From assembly GCA_014905635.1 (NCBI GenBank), contig JABVCE010000005.1, forward strand, positions 1,550,001-1,614,000: a DNA stretch of 64,000 nt. Direction: 5' to 3'. Shown piece after piece: positions 35,278 to 47,366 of the stretch. How positions within the stretch are numbered: position 1 is the first letter of the stretch; every line of letters begins with the position of its first letter. The notes beneath the pieces were generated by a model. That model was not told where the DNA came from and ran no database searches. It saw only the letters and a program-made list of their open reading frames with translations. Made by a program: the position numbers and the translations under genes. The DNA is from Scenedesmus sp. PABB004 (taxonomy: Eukaryota).

Positions 35278-38200
35278 ATGGCGCCCCGCCACGCCCTCCT
35301 GCTGGGCCTCGCGGCCGCGTCTCTTCTTTGGCCGCGCCTCGCGAGCGCGCAAGTGGCCGGCGGTGCGCGAGGGCGGCGCCGCTGCTCGCGGCGTGCGCCG
35401 CCCGCGCCCGAGCCGCCCGCGCCCACCGCTGCCGCCGCCCGCGGCGCAGGCTGCCAGACCGGGCAGCCAAACTACTTTGCCGACTTTGGCCAGACCGGCC
35501 CCACCGTCACGCTCACCCGCAACGGCAGCGCGACCGGCAACGCCTGCTCCTTCTCCCTGCGCATCGCCATCGCGGACGTGGCGCGCTTCCACGCCAACCC
35601 CTACGTTGACTCCTGGGAGATTGTCGTGCTCGTGCGCCGCCGCCGCGCGCCGCCCGCCGCGCGCCGCGCGCGCCTGCCGCCGCCTGCAAAGCGCGCGCGA
35701 CGCGCGCGGGGCTCACCCCGCCGCCCGCGCGGCGCGCGCCCAGCGGCCGCTGTCGGCGGCGAGCCGCTTCCCCTACGTCGTCGGCCAGCGCGTGTACGAC
35801 TTCCCGCTGACCGTTCAGGCGCTGCCGTGCACCGGGTACTCCGCGTGCCCCGACTACGTCGGCGCGTCCTGCGAGCAGACGGGGCTCATCGTGCGCTTCG
35901 GCTTTGCGGAAAAGCCGGGCGTAGGTAGAGCTCGGCGCGCGCGGCGCTGGGCGCTGCTGGCTGCGCCCACACGGGCCGCGCGGCGGCCGCCGCCGCCGCG
36001 CTGAGCCCGCGCGCCGCCGGGCGCCGCCGCAGACTGCCCGGGGTTCAGCGACCTCATCGGCATCGCCGTGGGCGAGACGTACGTCTCCTCCGCCGTCAAT
36101 TGGACGTCGCCGCCGCCCAGCCTGCCCTGCCTGCCTGGCGCGGCGCGCGCTGGCGCGGCTGGCCGGCCTCGCCCGCGAGCGCGCGCGCTCGGTCGAGCGT
36201 GCGCGCGCCCCACGCGCCGTGCCTGCCGCTGCAGGCAACGCCGAGGACTTCAGCAACGTCACAGAGGGCGTGTGGGACACCCTGGCCGTCAAGTCGCCCG
36301 ACCCAAACTTTCCCGGGCGCTGCCGCTGGGCCATCAGCCTTTCCCTCACGCCCGACCAGGCGCGCGACGGCTGCCGCGCCGCGCGGCCGCCGCGCTGCCC
36401 CGCAGCGCGCGCCCCTGGCCCCTGCGCGCGCGCGCGCGCGCGCGTGCGCCCGAGCCGCCGCCGCCGCCGCCGCCGCCGCTGCGCCGCCGCCTGCGCGCGC
36501 AGCGCTTCCGGTACAGTCGCTGGATTGACTACATAAGCATGCGCGCCACGGGCGTCGACAACGGGCCGGGCGTGCGGCTGTTTTTTGCCGGCCGGGAAGT
36601 TTACAACCACACCTTCACCAACGGCGACTGCGCCGCGCCGGCGCGTGCAAAAAAAAAAACCGCCGCGCCCGCCCGCGCGCGCGCGCGCGCCCGCCCCGGC
36701 CGTGCCCGCCGCCGCCGCCGCCCGACCGCGCTGCGCGTGCTGCGCGCGCTGCACGTGCTGCGTGCAGGCGCTGGTCCTCGACCTGCTCTTCCTCGACGAG
36801 GCCCTAGGAAATTACCCCGCCATCACGACAGGCACGCTGACTCAGCATCCATCAGAGCGGCTGCGCTGGCCTGCCTGCGCGACGAGCTGCGCGCGGGCAG
36901 CAGCCCGCCGCCCGCCGCCGGCTGAGGGCCCCGCGCCGCCGGCGCCCCGCCCGCCCAGGTCACGCCCTCTGTCCCTTCCAAGTGGGCGCTCACTTTGAGT
37001 TCCTCGATGGCGTGGTCACCCGCCCCAGCAGCTACGTCGTGCCGCCCAGCAGCTGCCCAAACCAGCCGGCCGGCTCCACGCTCGTCGCGCGCGTCAACGT
37101 CGGTGCGAGGCCTCGCCTGGCTCGGCGCAGCGGGCCGCGGGTGCTGTCTTCGTCCAACCCAGACTCATCCAACCCAGACTCAGCTCAGACCTCACACCGG
37201 CCGCCCCTGCTGCCGCCGCCGCCGCCGCGCAGGCGGCCCCGCGCTGAGCTTCCCGACTGCCTGCGACTGGTCTGCCGACACCGGCGCCGCGCCCTACCCC
37301 GGCCGCACCGGCGGCTTTGCCATCAATGCACCCTCGGCCTGCAACCCGGCCACCAACTTTGGCGGCCCGCTGGCCTGCAGCGACCGCTGGGGCGGCGTCC
37401 TGAACTACACATTCCCTGCCACGCCCGGCGCGCCACATCTGGTGTGCGAGCGGCCTGAACGGCAGCCGGCGCTGCAGCGCCTGGCACTCACAAGGCCTGC
37501 CGCCACTGCTGGCGCCGCCAGGTGGTGCTGCACATGGCTGAGACCTACTGGACGGGCACCTCCGGCCCCGCCCCCGGCAGCCGCCTCGTGCGCGTGCGCA
37601 TCAACGGCGTGGTGCAGGCGCCCTCCACTGGCATTGACCCCTTCACCGCGGCGGGCCTGCCCGGCGCGCGCTTCACGCCCGCGCTCTTCCCTTACACCGT
37701 GACGGGCAGCGCGGGCGGCAGCGTGCAGGTCAGCCTTGACGCGCTGCTGGACCAGCCCAGCGTGGCTGCGATCGAGGTGTACCGCCTGTCTGGGGAGCCT
37801 GTGGCGTCACCTGCGCCCGTCGTGCCCTCGCCCGCGCCCGTGGTGACGTCGCCTGCGCCGGTCGTGCCCTCGCCTGCGCCCGTCGTGCCCTCGCCAGCGC
37901 CCGTCGTGCCGTCGCCTGCCCCGGTTGCTCCCTCTCCCAACCCGGCCAACGCCAGCGGCTGCCCCAACCAGCCAGCGGGCTCCACGCTTGTCGCGCGTCT
38001 CAACGCCGGTGCGCAGCCTGGCTCAGCACAGCGCGCTGCGCTGGCTTGATTCAGCCCAGCTCAAAACCTCATGAGCTCACCTCTGAGCTCAGTCCAGACC
38101 TACACTGACGGCTCCGGCCTCCTGTGCCGCTGCCGCCGCCGCGCAGGCGGCCCCGCGCTGAGCTTCCCCACTGCCTGCGACTGGTCTGCCGACACCGGCG

Positions 38201-39619
38201 CCGCGCCCTACCCCGGCCGCACCGGCGGCTTTGCCATCAACGCACCGTCGGCCTGCAACCCGGCCACCAACTTTGGCGGCCCGCTGGCCTGCAGCGACCG
38301 CTGGGGCGGCGTCCTCAACTACACATTCCCTGCCACGCCCGGCGCGCCACATCTGGTGTGCGAGCGGCCTGAACGGCAGCCGGCGCTGCAGCGCCTGGCA
38401 CTCACAAGGCCTGCCGCCACTGCTGGCGCCGCCAGGTGGTGCTGCACATGGCTGAGACCTACTGGACGGGCACCTCCGGCCCCGCCCCCGGCAGCCGCCT
38501 CGTGCGCGTGCGCATCAACGGCGTGGTGCAGGCGCCCTCCACTGGCATTGACCCCTTCACCGCGGCGGGCCTGCCCGGCGCGCGCTTCACGCCCGCGCTC
38601 TTCCCTTACACCGTGACGGGCAGCGCGGGCGGCAGCGTGCAGGTCAGCCTTGACGCGCTGCTGGACCAGCCCAGCGTGGCTGCGATCGAGGTGTACCGCC
38701 TGTCTGGGGAGCCTGTGGCGTCACCTGCGCCCGTCGTGCCCTCGCCCGCGCCCGTGGTGACGTCGCCTGCGCCGGTCGTGCCCTCGCCTGCGCCCGTCGT
38801 GCCCTCGCCAGCGCCCGTCGTGCCGTCGCCTGCCCCGGTTGCTCCCTCTCCCAACCCGGCCAACGCCAGCGGCTGCCCCAACCAGCCAGCGGGCTCCACG
38901 CTTGTCGCGCGTCTCAACGCCGGTGCGCAGCCTGGCTCAGCACAGCGCGCTGCGCTGGCTTGATTCAGCCCAGCTCAAAACCTCATGAGCTCACCTCTGA
39001 GCTCAGTCCAGACCTACACTGACGGCTCCGGCCTCCTGTGCCGCTGCCGCCGCCGCGCAGGCGGCCCCGCGCTGAGCTTCCCCACTGCCTGCGACTGGTC
39101 TGCCGACACCGGCGCCGCGCCCTACCCCGGCCGCACCGGCGGCTTTGCCATCAACGCACCGTCGGCCTGCAACCCGGCCACCAACTTTGGCGGCCCGCTG
39201 GCCTGCAGCGACCGCTGGGGCGGCGTCCTCAACTACACATTCCCTGCCACGCCCGGCGCGCCACATCTGGTGTGCGAGCGGCCTGAACGGCAGCCGGCGC
39301 TGCAGCGCCTGGCACTCACAAGGCCTGCCGCCACTGCTGGCGCCGCCAGGTGGTGCTGCACATGGCTGAGACCTACTGGACGGGCACCTCCGGCCCCGCC
39401 CCCGGCAGCCGCCTCGTGCGCGTGCGCATCAACGGCGTGGTGCAGGCGCCCTCCACTGGCATTGACCCCTTCACCGCGGCGGGCCTGCCCGGCGCGCGCT
39501 TCACGCCCGCGCTCTTCCCTTACACCGTGACGGGCAGCGCGGGCGGCAGCGTGCAGGTCAGCCTTGACGCGCTGCTGGACCAGCCCAGCGTGGCTGCGAT
39601 CGAGGTGTACCGCCTCTGA
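35278..39619 (+). CDS. Secreted protein with three malectin-like domains and (V)PSPAP-rich linkers, probable cell-wall glycoprotein
   Basis: Signal peptide MAPRHALLLGLAAASLL..ASA, and three copies of VVLHMAETYW..GSRLVRVRING..IDPFTAAG..AAIEVY. Confidence 0.75.
37050..39616 (+). repeat. Intragenic tandem repeat, 914-bp period, about 2.8 copies
   Basis: Identical landmarks at 37232/38146/39060 and 37522/38436/39350. Confidence 0.97.
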
Positions 39620-40185
39620 GCACGTGCACGAGCCCCTGCCCGCGCGCCGGCTGATCAAGCACAATGTTTTCTGAGTCTCCCAGCCCTGGCTGCGCGCGGT
39701 TGCTTTCATGAATAAACGGCCCGCTGCGCGCGTGCGCCGAGTCGGGCGGCGATCAGGCGCCGCGGTTCCCCTGAGCTCATCAGCCCCCGTGCGCCCCGGC
39801 CTCACCCTCGCCCACGCCTGCATCCACCATACTCATGTTCGTGAGTTGACTGCACTGCCCGAACTGCGCTGACTTTGGATCCGCACTGCTCACGCGGCAC
39901 GACGGTGACCTCGCATGCGTTACTCCCACACGCGCCGCTGCGTCTGAACGCCTCCGAACGCCGCCGCGCGCCCCCAGCCCGCGAAAACACCCGCCCAGTG
40001 AGCGACGTCCGTTGCTGCACACGCCGCCCACACACCGCCCGCGCACCAAACCCGGTTTCCCTGGTCCCTCGCCGTCCGTGCGAGATCACGCGACCGAGTC
40101 CCGCAGTTCGTTCGTTTCTCGCAGCCGGCCCGCACGCCGCCCCACGGCCGCGCCGCGCGCGGCTCAGCGGCGGCCCAGCGGCGGC

Positions 40186-43100
40186 TCAGCGCATCGCGGA
40201 GCCCACGGGCGACGACGGCAGGCTGGGCACGGCGGTGTGCAGCAGGTCGGTGAGGCTCTGCACCTGCGCCCGGAGCCCCGCCACCTCGCGCAGCAGCGCC
40301 TGTGCGCGGCGCGGGGCGGCGGGGCTGGCGGGCCCGCGCCGCGGCGCACGGCGCGGCGCGTGGGCGCGCGCGCGCTGCGCGGGGCCACACCTGCACGCCC
40401 GTGCCGTCGCCGCCGCCGCCGGAGTGCGCGCGCTCGGCGCCGAGCGGCACGCCCGCCTGGCCGCTCGCGGCGGCCTGCTGGTGCCACAGCGCGTCGCCGC
40501 CCACCTCGCCGTCCATGGCGAGCGGGTCGATCTGCGAGGCAGGCGGCGGCCGGGCGGCGGCGGCGGCGGCGCGGGCGTGGCGCCGCCGGCCGCCGCGCGC
40601 AGCCCGTCGCCCGCAGCTCGTCGCGCGCAGCTCGTCGCGCGCAGCTCAGCGCGCTCAGCGTGCTCAGCACGCTCAGCACGCTCAGCGCGCCCAGCACGCC
40701 CAGCGCGCCCAGCACGCCCAGCGGTGTCTCACGCGCAGGACGTGGACGTATGCTGGGTAGTTGCTGGGCATGAGCCGCTCGATGAAGGCGGGGATGGTCG
40801 ACTCGAGCTCGTCCACCGCCTGGGCGCGCGAGAGCAGGCGCTTCAGGTCCTCGTGCGCGGTCGCCTGCGTGAGTGTGTGTGTGTGTGGGGGGGGGGGGCG
40901 CTGGGCGGCGGCAGGGCGCGCGGCTCGCGCGCTCGCGCAGCCGTGTGATGAGGGCGCGCGGCGCGGCACGCCGGCGTGCCTTGTACATCGACTGCGCCAT
41001 CACGCCTGCGGCGTGCGAGGCGGCGACGGCGTCGGCGCTCGCGCGCGGCCGCCGGCTGGCCGCGGGCCCGCCCGCGGCGGCGGGGCGCGCGCGCGCGGCG
41101 GGGCGGGGCCGGCGCGCTTGGGCGCGGTGCGGTGAGCTCACCGGTGAGCAGGGACATGAGCACCGTGCCCATGGCAAACTGGTAGAGCAGGGAGAGCACG
41201 AGGGAGGCCTCGGGGTTGGACGACCCCAGCATGCTGCGCGCGGCAACACAATGCGCGGTGGGCGGCGGCAGGGCAGGGCGCGGCGGGGCGCCGCGGCGCG
41301 CACGGGCGCGCGCGCGGGGAGCACGGCTGGCCGGGCGGGCCGGGGCGGGGCGGAGACCGCAGCCCGGCCCCGCCGCGGCAGCGGCTCGGCAGCGCGGCGC
41401 GGCGCGGCGCGCACATGTCGAGGTCGACGCCGCCGAGGGCGTAGGTGAACATGGTGAGCATGGCGTGGCCCACGTTGTTAAATTGCTGGCAGGCCACACG
41501 CACGCAGCAGCGGCGTCGGCGGCGGCACGGTGAGCGCGAGGGTCTGGGCGTGTACGTGCGCGCGCCGCGCTGCGCCGCGCCGCCCGCCCTGCCGGCGCCG
41601 CCGCCGCCGCGGGCGCGGCCCTCCCCGCTGCCGCACCTCGTGCTCCTGGTCGCGCCGGAAGAGCCTGCGGGGCGCGCGCATGCGCGTCAGCCCCCGCCGC
41701 GGCGCGCCGCGCGCCGCGCGCTGTGCGCCGCGCCCTGCCCGCGCCCTGCCCTCCCCGTGCGTCCTCACACGCAGAAGGCGCAGGCGAATCCCCACATCAT
41801 CAGCAGCAGGTACAAGAGGTACATGCGGATGTCAACCACCACCTGGAGGGGGCGAGCGGTGGTGGGTGTAAGCGGGTGCGCGGGCGAGAGCGGGGGCGCG
41901 CAGCGCGGCGCAGCAGCAGCGGTGGCCGGCGGCGCTCGCCCGCTGCATGGACTCGATGATGCTGAAGCTGTTGCTGCCGCCAAACACGCTGCGCGACAGC
42001 GGCAGGAGCGGCGACAGCGCGGGGCAGCGGCGCCGGAGGAGCGGGGTGGGTCAGGGGGCCGGCCGCCGCCGCCGGCGCGCGCCAGCGTGCGCGGCCGCAC
42101 CGTGAGAAGTAGTTGAGCCTGAACCAGAGCAGCACGCACTGGAACGCGACGAGCACGCTGAGCCAGCCCGACGCGAGGGACATGCGCCCGAGGTGCAGCA
42201 CGACGATCGCGACCTGTGCGCCGGCGCGGCACGGCACGGCACAGCACGGCATGGCTCGGCGCCGCGGCGGCGCGCGCGCGCGCCCGCGCGCGGCGCGGGG
42301 CGATGGGCCCCGCACGCGCGCCCCGGCCGCGGCGCGCGCGACGCCCCCCGGCCACGCCGCGTCGCGGCGCGCCTGCAGGGCGTAGGTGATGACGTCAAGC
42401 GCGTTCCAAAGCGTCATCCATCCCCCCAGGTACGCCGACAGGCTGCCGAGCTCGATCACCACAAACGGCACCATCGCGGCGAGCGACACGGCCTCGCACG
42501 CGACCGTCGCGATGCCGCTGCGGACGCGCGGCGGCGGACGCGCGGCGGGGTCGGCGGGCGGGCCGGGCCGGCGCGGGCGGGCGCGGCGCGCGCGCGCGCA
42601 GCGCGCGCCTCGGCGTCGCGAGCAGCTCGGGCAGCGAGAGGGAGATGTCCTCGTCCTGAAAGATGAGCATGAAGGCGGAGAAGGCCACGAGCCAGGTCAG
42701 GAAGCAGGCAAACTCAAACCGCACCCTGCGCGACGCGCCGCGCGCGGTGCCGGGGTCAACATGTGGCGATGGTGGCGGCGCGTCGCCGGGAAGAACAGCA
42801 GGCGCGGGCGGCACGCGCGCGGCGCGGCACGCACCACTTGCCGGCGAAGGTGTCCCACTTGAACTGCAGCACCGCCTGCACCGCGGGGAGGCCAAACACC
42901 GAGTAGTGGCACCCGCCCGCGTTGTACCTGTGCAGCAGCGGGTTGACCAGGCCCTGCACGTCGGGCGCCGCCGCGTCCTTGATGTTGACCACAAACGCCT
43001 CGACAGTCACCTGCCGCGACCAGCCTGCGCGCGCCGCGCCGCGCCGGCGCGGGCGGGCGGGCGGCGCAGCGCGCTCGCGGCCGCGGCGCGGGCGCGGGCG

Positions 43101-43708
43101 CGGGCGCGGGCGCGCTCGTGCGCGCCGTCGGCCGCCCCCGGCGCCGCCGCCGGCGGCGGCGCGCGCGCACCGGTGTCGCCCTTGCCCTGCCGCCGCGCCG
43201 CGGCGGCGAGGTGCGCGGCCCAGTCACGCTCGTAGTCGATCTCGCGCTTGCTGCGGCCCATGGTGACAAAGGGGTTGCCGTCCAGCGCGGCGAGCACGAG
43301 CGCGTCCTGGACCTTGAACTCGCCCAGCTTGACCACGCCCCGCTTGGCGATGTACTGGATCACGTGGTCCGGGTCCTGCGCGATCAGCTGCTGCACCGTC
43401 GTCGACGCCGCGGCGTCTGGCGGCCGGCGCGGCACGCGGCGGGCGGCGGTGAGCGGCAGGCGGCGCCCTCGGCGGCGCGTCGCGGCCAGCGGCGGCAGCA
43501 CGCACCTGCCGCCAGCTCGACGTCATCCCAAGCGCCGTGGTCGTCCGACACCAGCAGGGGCTCCTGAAGCGACAGCCCAGCGCGGCGGCGGCGGCGTGGG
43601 CAGCGTGGCGGGCGGCTTGCCGCTGCTGCCGCCACTGGCTGTGCTGCCGCCGCCCGAGCTGCGCCGCCGCCGCGCCCGCACCTCGCCCGACGACGCGTCG
43701 TCCGCCAT
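40186..43708 (-). CDS. TRP-type six-TM cation channel
   Basis: Pre-S1 AVQAVLQFKWDTF, WNALDV, LLWFRLNYFSR, DIRMYLLYLLLMMWGFACAF, pore FNNVGHAMLTMF..G, S6 VLMSLLTGVMAQS, and a C-terminal coiled coil. Confidence 0.85.
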
Positions 43709-44053
43709 GGCCGCGGGGAGGGCGAGCGAGCGAGCGGCGGCGCACGGCAGCGGCGGCGCTGCTGCTAGCGCGGGCGGCGCCGGCGCCGGCGGGGGTGCGC
43801 GGCCGGTCGCGCTTGACGGCGGGGAGAGTGAGGGCGTCGTCGTCAGCCGAGCGGGGCCGCGCGGGCCGCGACGCCGCCCGCCGCCATCGTCATCGTCAAG
43901 GACCTGGCCGACGCGGCGTGCGCTGCTCCCCTCCGCACGCTCCCGGCCCAGTGGGATCGGGTGCGCCGCCCTGCGCCCCCCGTGCACGCGCCGCCGCCGA
44001 CACCGCCGCGCGCGCGCCGCGCTGCCGGGCCTCTGGCGTGCCCTTGGCACGCG

Positions 44054-45777
44054 ATGGACCTGGCGGCGCTCGGCGGCGGGGGCGCCGGCACGTATGTGGA
44101 CCCGCGCTGGCGCCCGGCGGCCGGCGCGCCGGCGCCGGGCAGTCCGGGCGTGGTCATCGGCCGCCGCTTCGGCGCAGGGGCGCTGGCGATGAACGAGGTC
44201 TTCGACCTCGTGACCGCCGAGGGCCAGCCGACCGGCGAGGCGCTGAAGGTTTGCGGGCGCTCGCCCGCCGCGCGCCGGTCGCTCGCGCACGAGTGGCGCA
44301 TGTTCTGCGACCTCGCGCTCCTCGGCGACGACCACCCCGCGGCGCGCAGCCACTTCCTGCAGGCGCGGCGGCGGCGGCGCGGCGGCGCGCCCGGCGGCCA
44401 TCTGTCGCCCGCGCCGGCGCTGCGCTGCGCGCGAGCGCACGCGCGTTGCCCCGGCCGCGCCGCTCCGGATCCGCAGGGCCGCCGCGTGCTCAAGGCGCCG
44501 AGCGAGGCGATCGTGGGCATCGTGATGGAGAAGGCGGACGGCGCCAACGCGGTCAAGACGCTGCGCGCGTGCGGCTTCGCAAACGTGAGCCGCCGCTCAC
44601 GCACCGCCGCCGCGCGCGCATGCGCACACGCCGGCCGGCCGCCGCGGAGCGCGCCCCAACCACCGCCGCCGCGGGCGCGGCCCTGCGGGCGCAGGTGCGG
44701 TACGTCGTCGCGCTGGTGCGGGACGTGCTCGTTGCGCTGGACGTCGCGCAGCGCGTGCTCGGCTTTGTCCACTACGACCTCAAGCTCGACAACGTGAGCC
44801 GCGCCGCCCGCGCCACTCACACCGCCCGTCACCGTGGCAGCGGCCTTGCCCCCGCTCGGCTGCAGCCGGCGGCCGCGCGCCCGCACCCCCCGCGCGCGCG
44901 CCGTGGGCTGCCCGGCCACCCGCCGCGCCGCGCGCGCCCGCGCAGGTCATCGAGCACTGGGCCGGCGTGGCGGGCCCGGCAGAGCGCCGCGCCGCGCTGC
45001 TGGACGGCGTGCCGCGGTTCAAGGCGCGCCGCCGGCGCGCACGGCACGCGCAGCACAGCGGGGCTCCTGCTCGTCGGCGGCACCGCACAGCAGCGGCCCC
45101 GCGCCCCCGCCCAGCGCGCCCGTGCACGCCACGTGGCCGCAGATCTTTGACTTTGGCACGGCGGTCGTCTGGCCCGACCCCTGGGCGGTGCGCCTCACGC
45201 CCCCGCCCGGCGGCGGCCTGGCCAAGGCGCCCGCGGCGGCCGACGCGCTGCGCGCGGCGGCGCGCCGCCCCGGGCCGCCGGGCCGCGTGCCGCCCGCCGC
45301 CGGCGCGACCGCAGCGGACGGCGCCGGCGGTCTGCAGTACTCGTGAGCCGCGGCGCGGGGCGGGGGGTGGCGCTGCACGCGGCCCGCTGGCGCCGCCCGC
45401 GCCGCGCTGATCGGCGCGCTCCGACCGGCCGGCCCGTGCTGCGCCGCGCCGCGCCGCCCCCGCCAGCGAGCCGTACTGCTGCGTCCGCTTCTACCACATG
45501 TGGGGCCACAGGCGGGGCGACGCGTTCCGCGTGCTCGCCGCGCTGGCGCGCCTGCTCGACGGCGTGACGTGGGTGAGCGGCGCCAGCGCGGCCCACGTGC
45601 GCCGCCGCGCCGCTCCCCGCTGACGCGCCCCTTCTTCCGCAGCCGCTGGAGGACCTGGAGCTGGTCTCGCTGCTCATCACGGTGCTGGAGCACGCCACCG
45701 CTGGCCGCCGCATCCGCGCGCGCTTTGCGCCCCGCGCCGTGCTGGCCGCGCGCCTCGGCCTGCCCGCCGGCGCGCCG

Positions 45778-45839
<62 letters not shown>

Positions 45840-46263
45840 GGCCAGCGCAGCGCGCCCGGGCGGCGCCGGCGGCGGCCGGGGCTCCGGCGGCCAGCCGGGC
45901 GGCGGCCAGGCGCGGCGCAGCTTGGAGCTGGCCCGCGGCAGCGGCGGCGCCCCGCTGCAGCGCACCCCGTCCGGCTCGCCCGCGGGCGTGGCCTTCACGC
46001 GCCTGCCGCGCTCGCCTGGGGAGCTGGCCCGCGGCAGCGCCGGCGGGGCGGCCGCCGCGGAGGGCGGCGCGTCGCCCGCGCCGGCGGGGCCCGGCGTCGC
46101 GCCGGCGCCGGCGCCCGACCTGGCGGCGCGCATCGTCGCGGGCCAGCCGCTCGCGCCGGCGACCGAGCAGAGCGTGCTGGGCAGCCGCCGCGCGCTGCGC
46201 GGCGCGACTGCGGCGCAGCTGCTCGCCGAGCCGGTCGTGGCCGCCCTGCTGACCAAGGTCTGA
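44054..46263 (+). CDS. Divergent Ser/Thr protein kinase
   Basis: RFGAGA, EALKV, HE helix, IVME, GFVHYDLKLDN, KIFDFG across introns. Confidence 0.82.
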
Positions 46264-46440
46264 CCACGGCCTGACCCCCCGAGTTGAGCCCCGCGGCGCC
46301 GAGCGCGTGTCGACGAAACCTCGTGCCGTTGTTTTGACCTCGCCGCTCGCCGCGCCCTCGCCAGCACCGGCCACAACACGAGCACACTCACCGTCCGCCG
46401 CCTGCCGCCCGACCGCTGGGCAGCGCCCGCCGCCGCAGCA

Positions 46441-47152
46441 ATGCTGCAGCGGCAGCAGCAGCGCCGGCCGCAGCGCTGCTGCCGCGCCGCCGACGGCGCG
46501 CCCGCGCGCGCCCGGCTGCCCGTTCAACCCAGCGTTCTGCACGTTGGGCGGGGCGCCTGCTGGCGGCGCGGCGCCGCCGTCCGCGCCGCAGCAGCGGCCG
46601 CGCCCGGACGAGGCTTCGTGCTGCGCCCCGCGGCGGCGGCGGACGTGCCGCGCCTCGCGGCGATCGAGGACGCGTGCGGCGAGCTCTCCGCGCACTGGAC
46701 CGCCTCCGACATCGCGGCCGAGCTCGACCGCGACTTGGCGCGCGTGCTGGTCGCCGCCGACGCGGCCAGCGACGCGCCGCTCGGCTACGTCGCGGGCTGG
46801 CTCGTCGCGGGCGAGCTGCAGGTCCTGGAGCTCGCCGTCGACCCCGTGCACCAGTCGCGCGGCGTGGGCTCCGCGCTGCTGGCGGCCCTGCTCGACGCGT
46901 GCGGGTGCGGGCGCCCTCGGGCCGGCCCGGGCGGCTCTGCGCCGCGCGCGGCGGCGGCGCCTGTCGCCCACACCGCGCCACGCCGCCGCGCGCAGCTGCA
47001 ACACGGGCGCGAGCGCGGTGCTGGAGGTGCGCGCGGGCAACGCGCGCGCGGTCGGTCTCTACCGCCGCGCGGGCTTTGTCGACGCCGGCCTGCGCCGGCG
47101 CTACTACCCCGACGGCGCCGACGCGCTGCTCATGACCCGGCCCCCCGGCTGA
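46441..47152 (+). CDS. RimI-like GNAT acetyltransferase with a transit-like N-terminus
   Basis: LAVDPVHQSRGVGSALL, LEVRAGNARAVGLYRRAGF..RRRYYPDGADALLM. Confidence 0.9.
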
Positions 47153-47366
47153 GGGCCGCGGCGGGAGCAGTGGCGGCAGCTACGTGCGCGCGCGGTCACA
47201 GCGCACGCCCCGGTGCGTGAACCCTAGCTGACGCGCATGCCGCACGGGGCGCCGCGCCCTCAGGCAGTCGCCTTGATTGCTCTGGCGTGTCTGCCTGGCA
47301 GCGGCAGCTGGCGGGCCAGGGAGCTTGCAGCACACTTCGCTGCACCGGTCCGCTGCTGTCGGCGGC

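Noticed and set aside
40640..40720. 9-bp tandem repeats, and (CGCGC)n at 48763-48824
   Set aside because: Ordinary intronic slippage repeats
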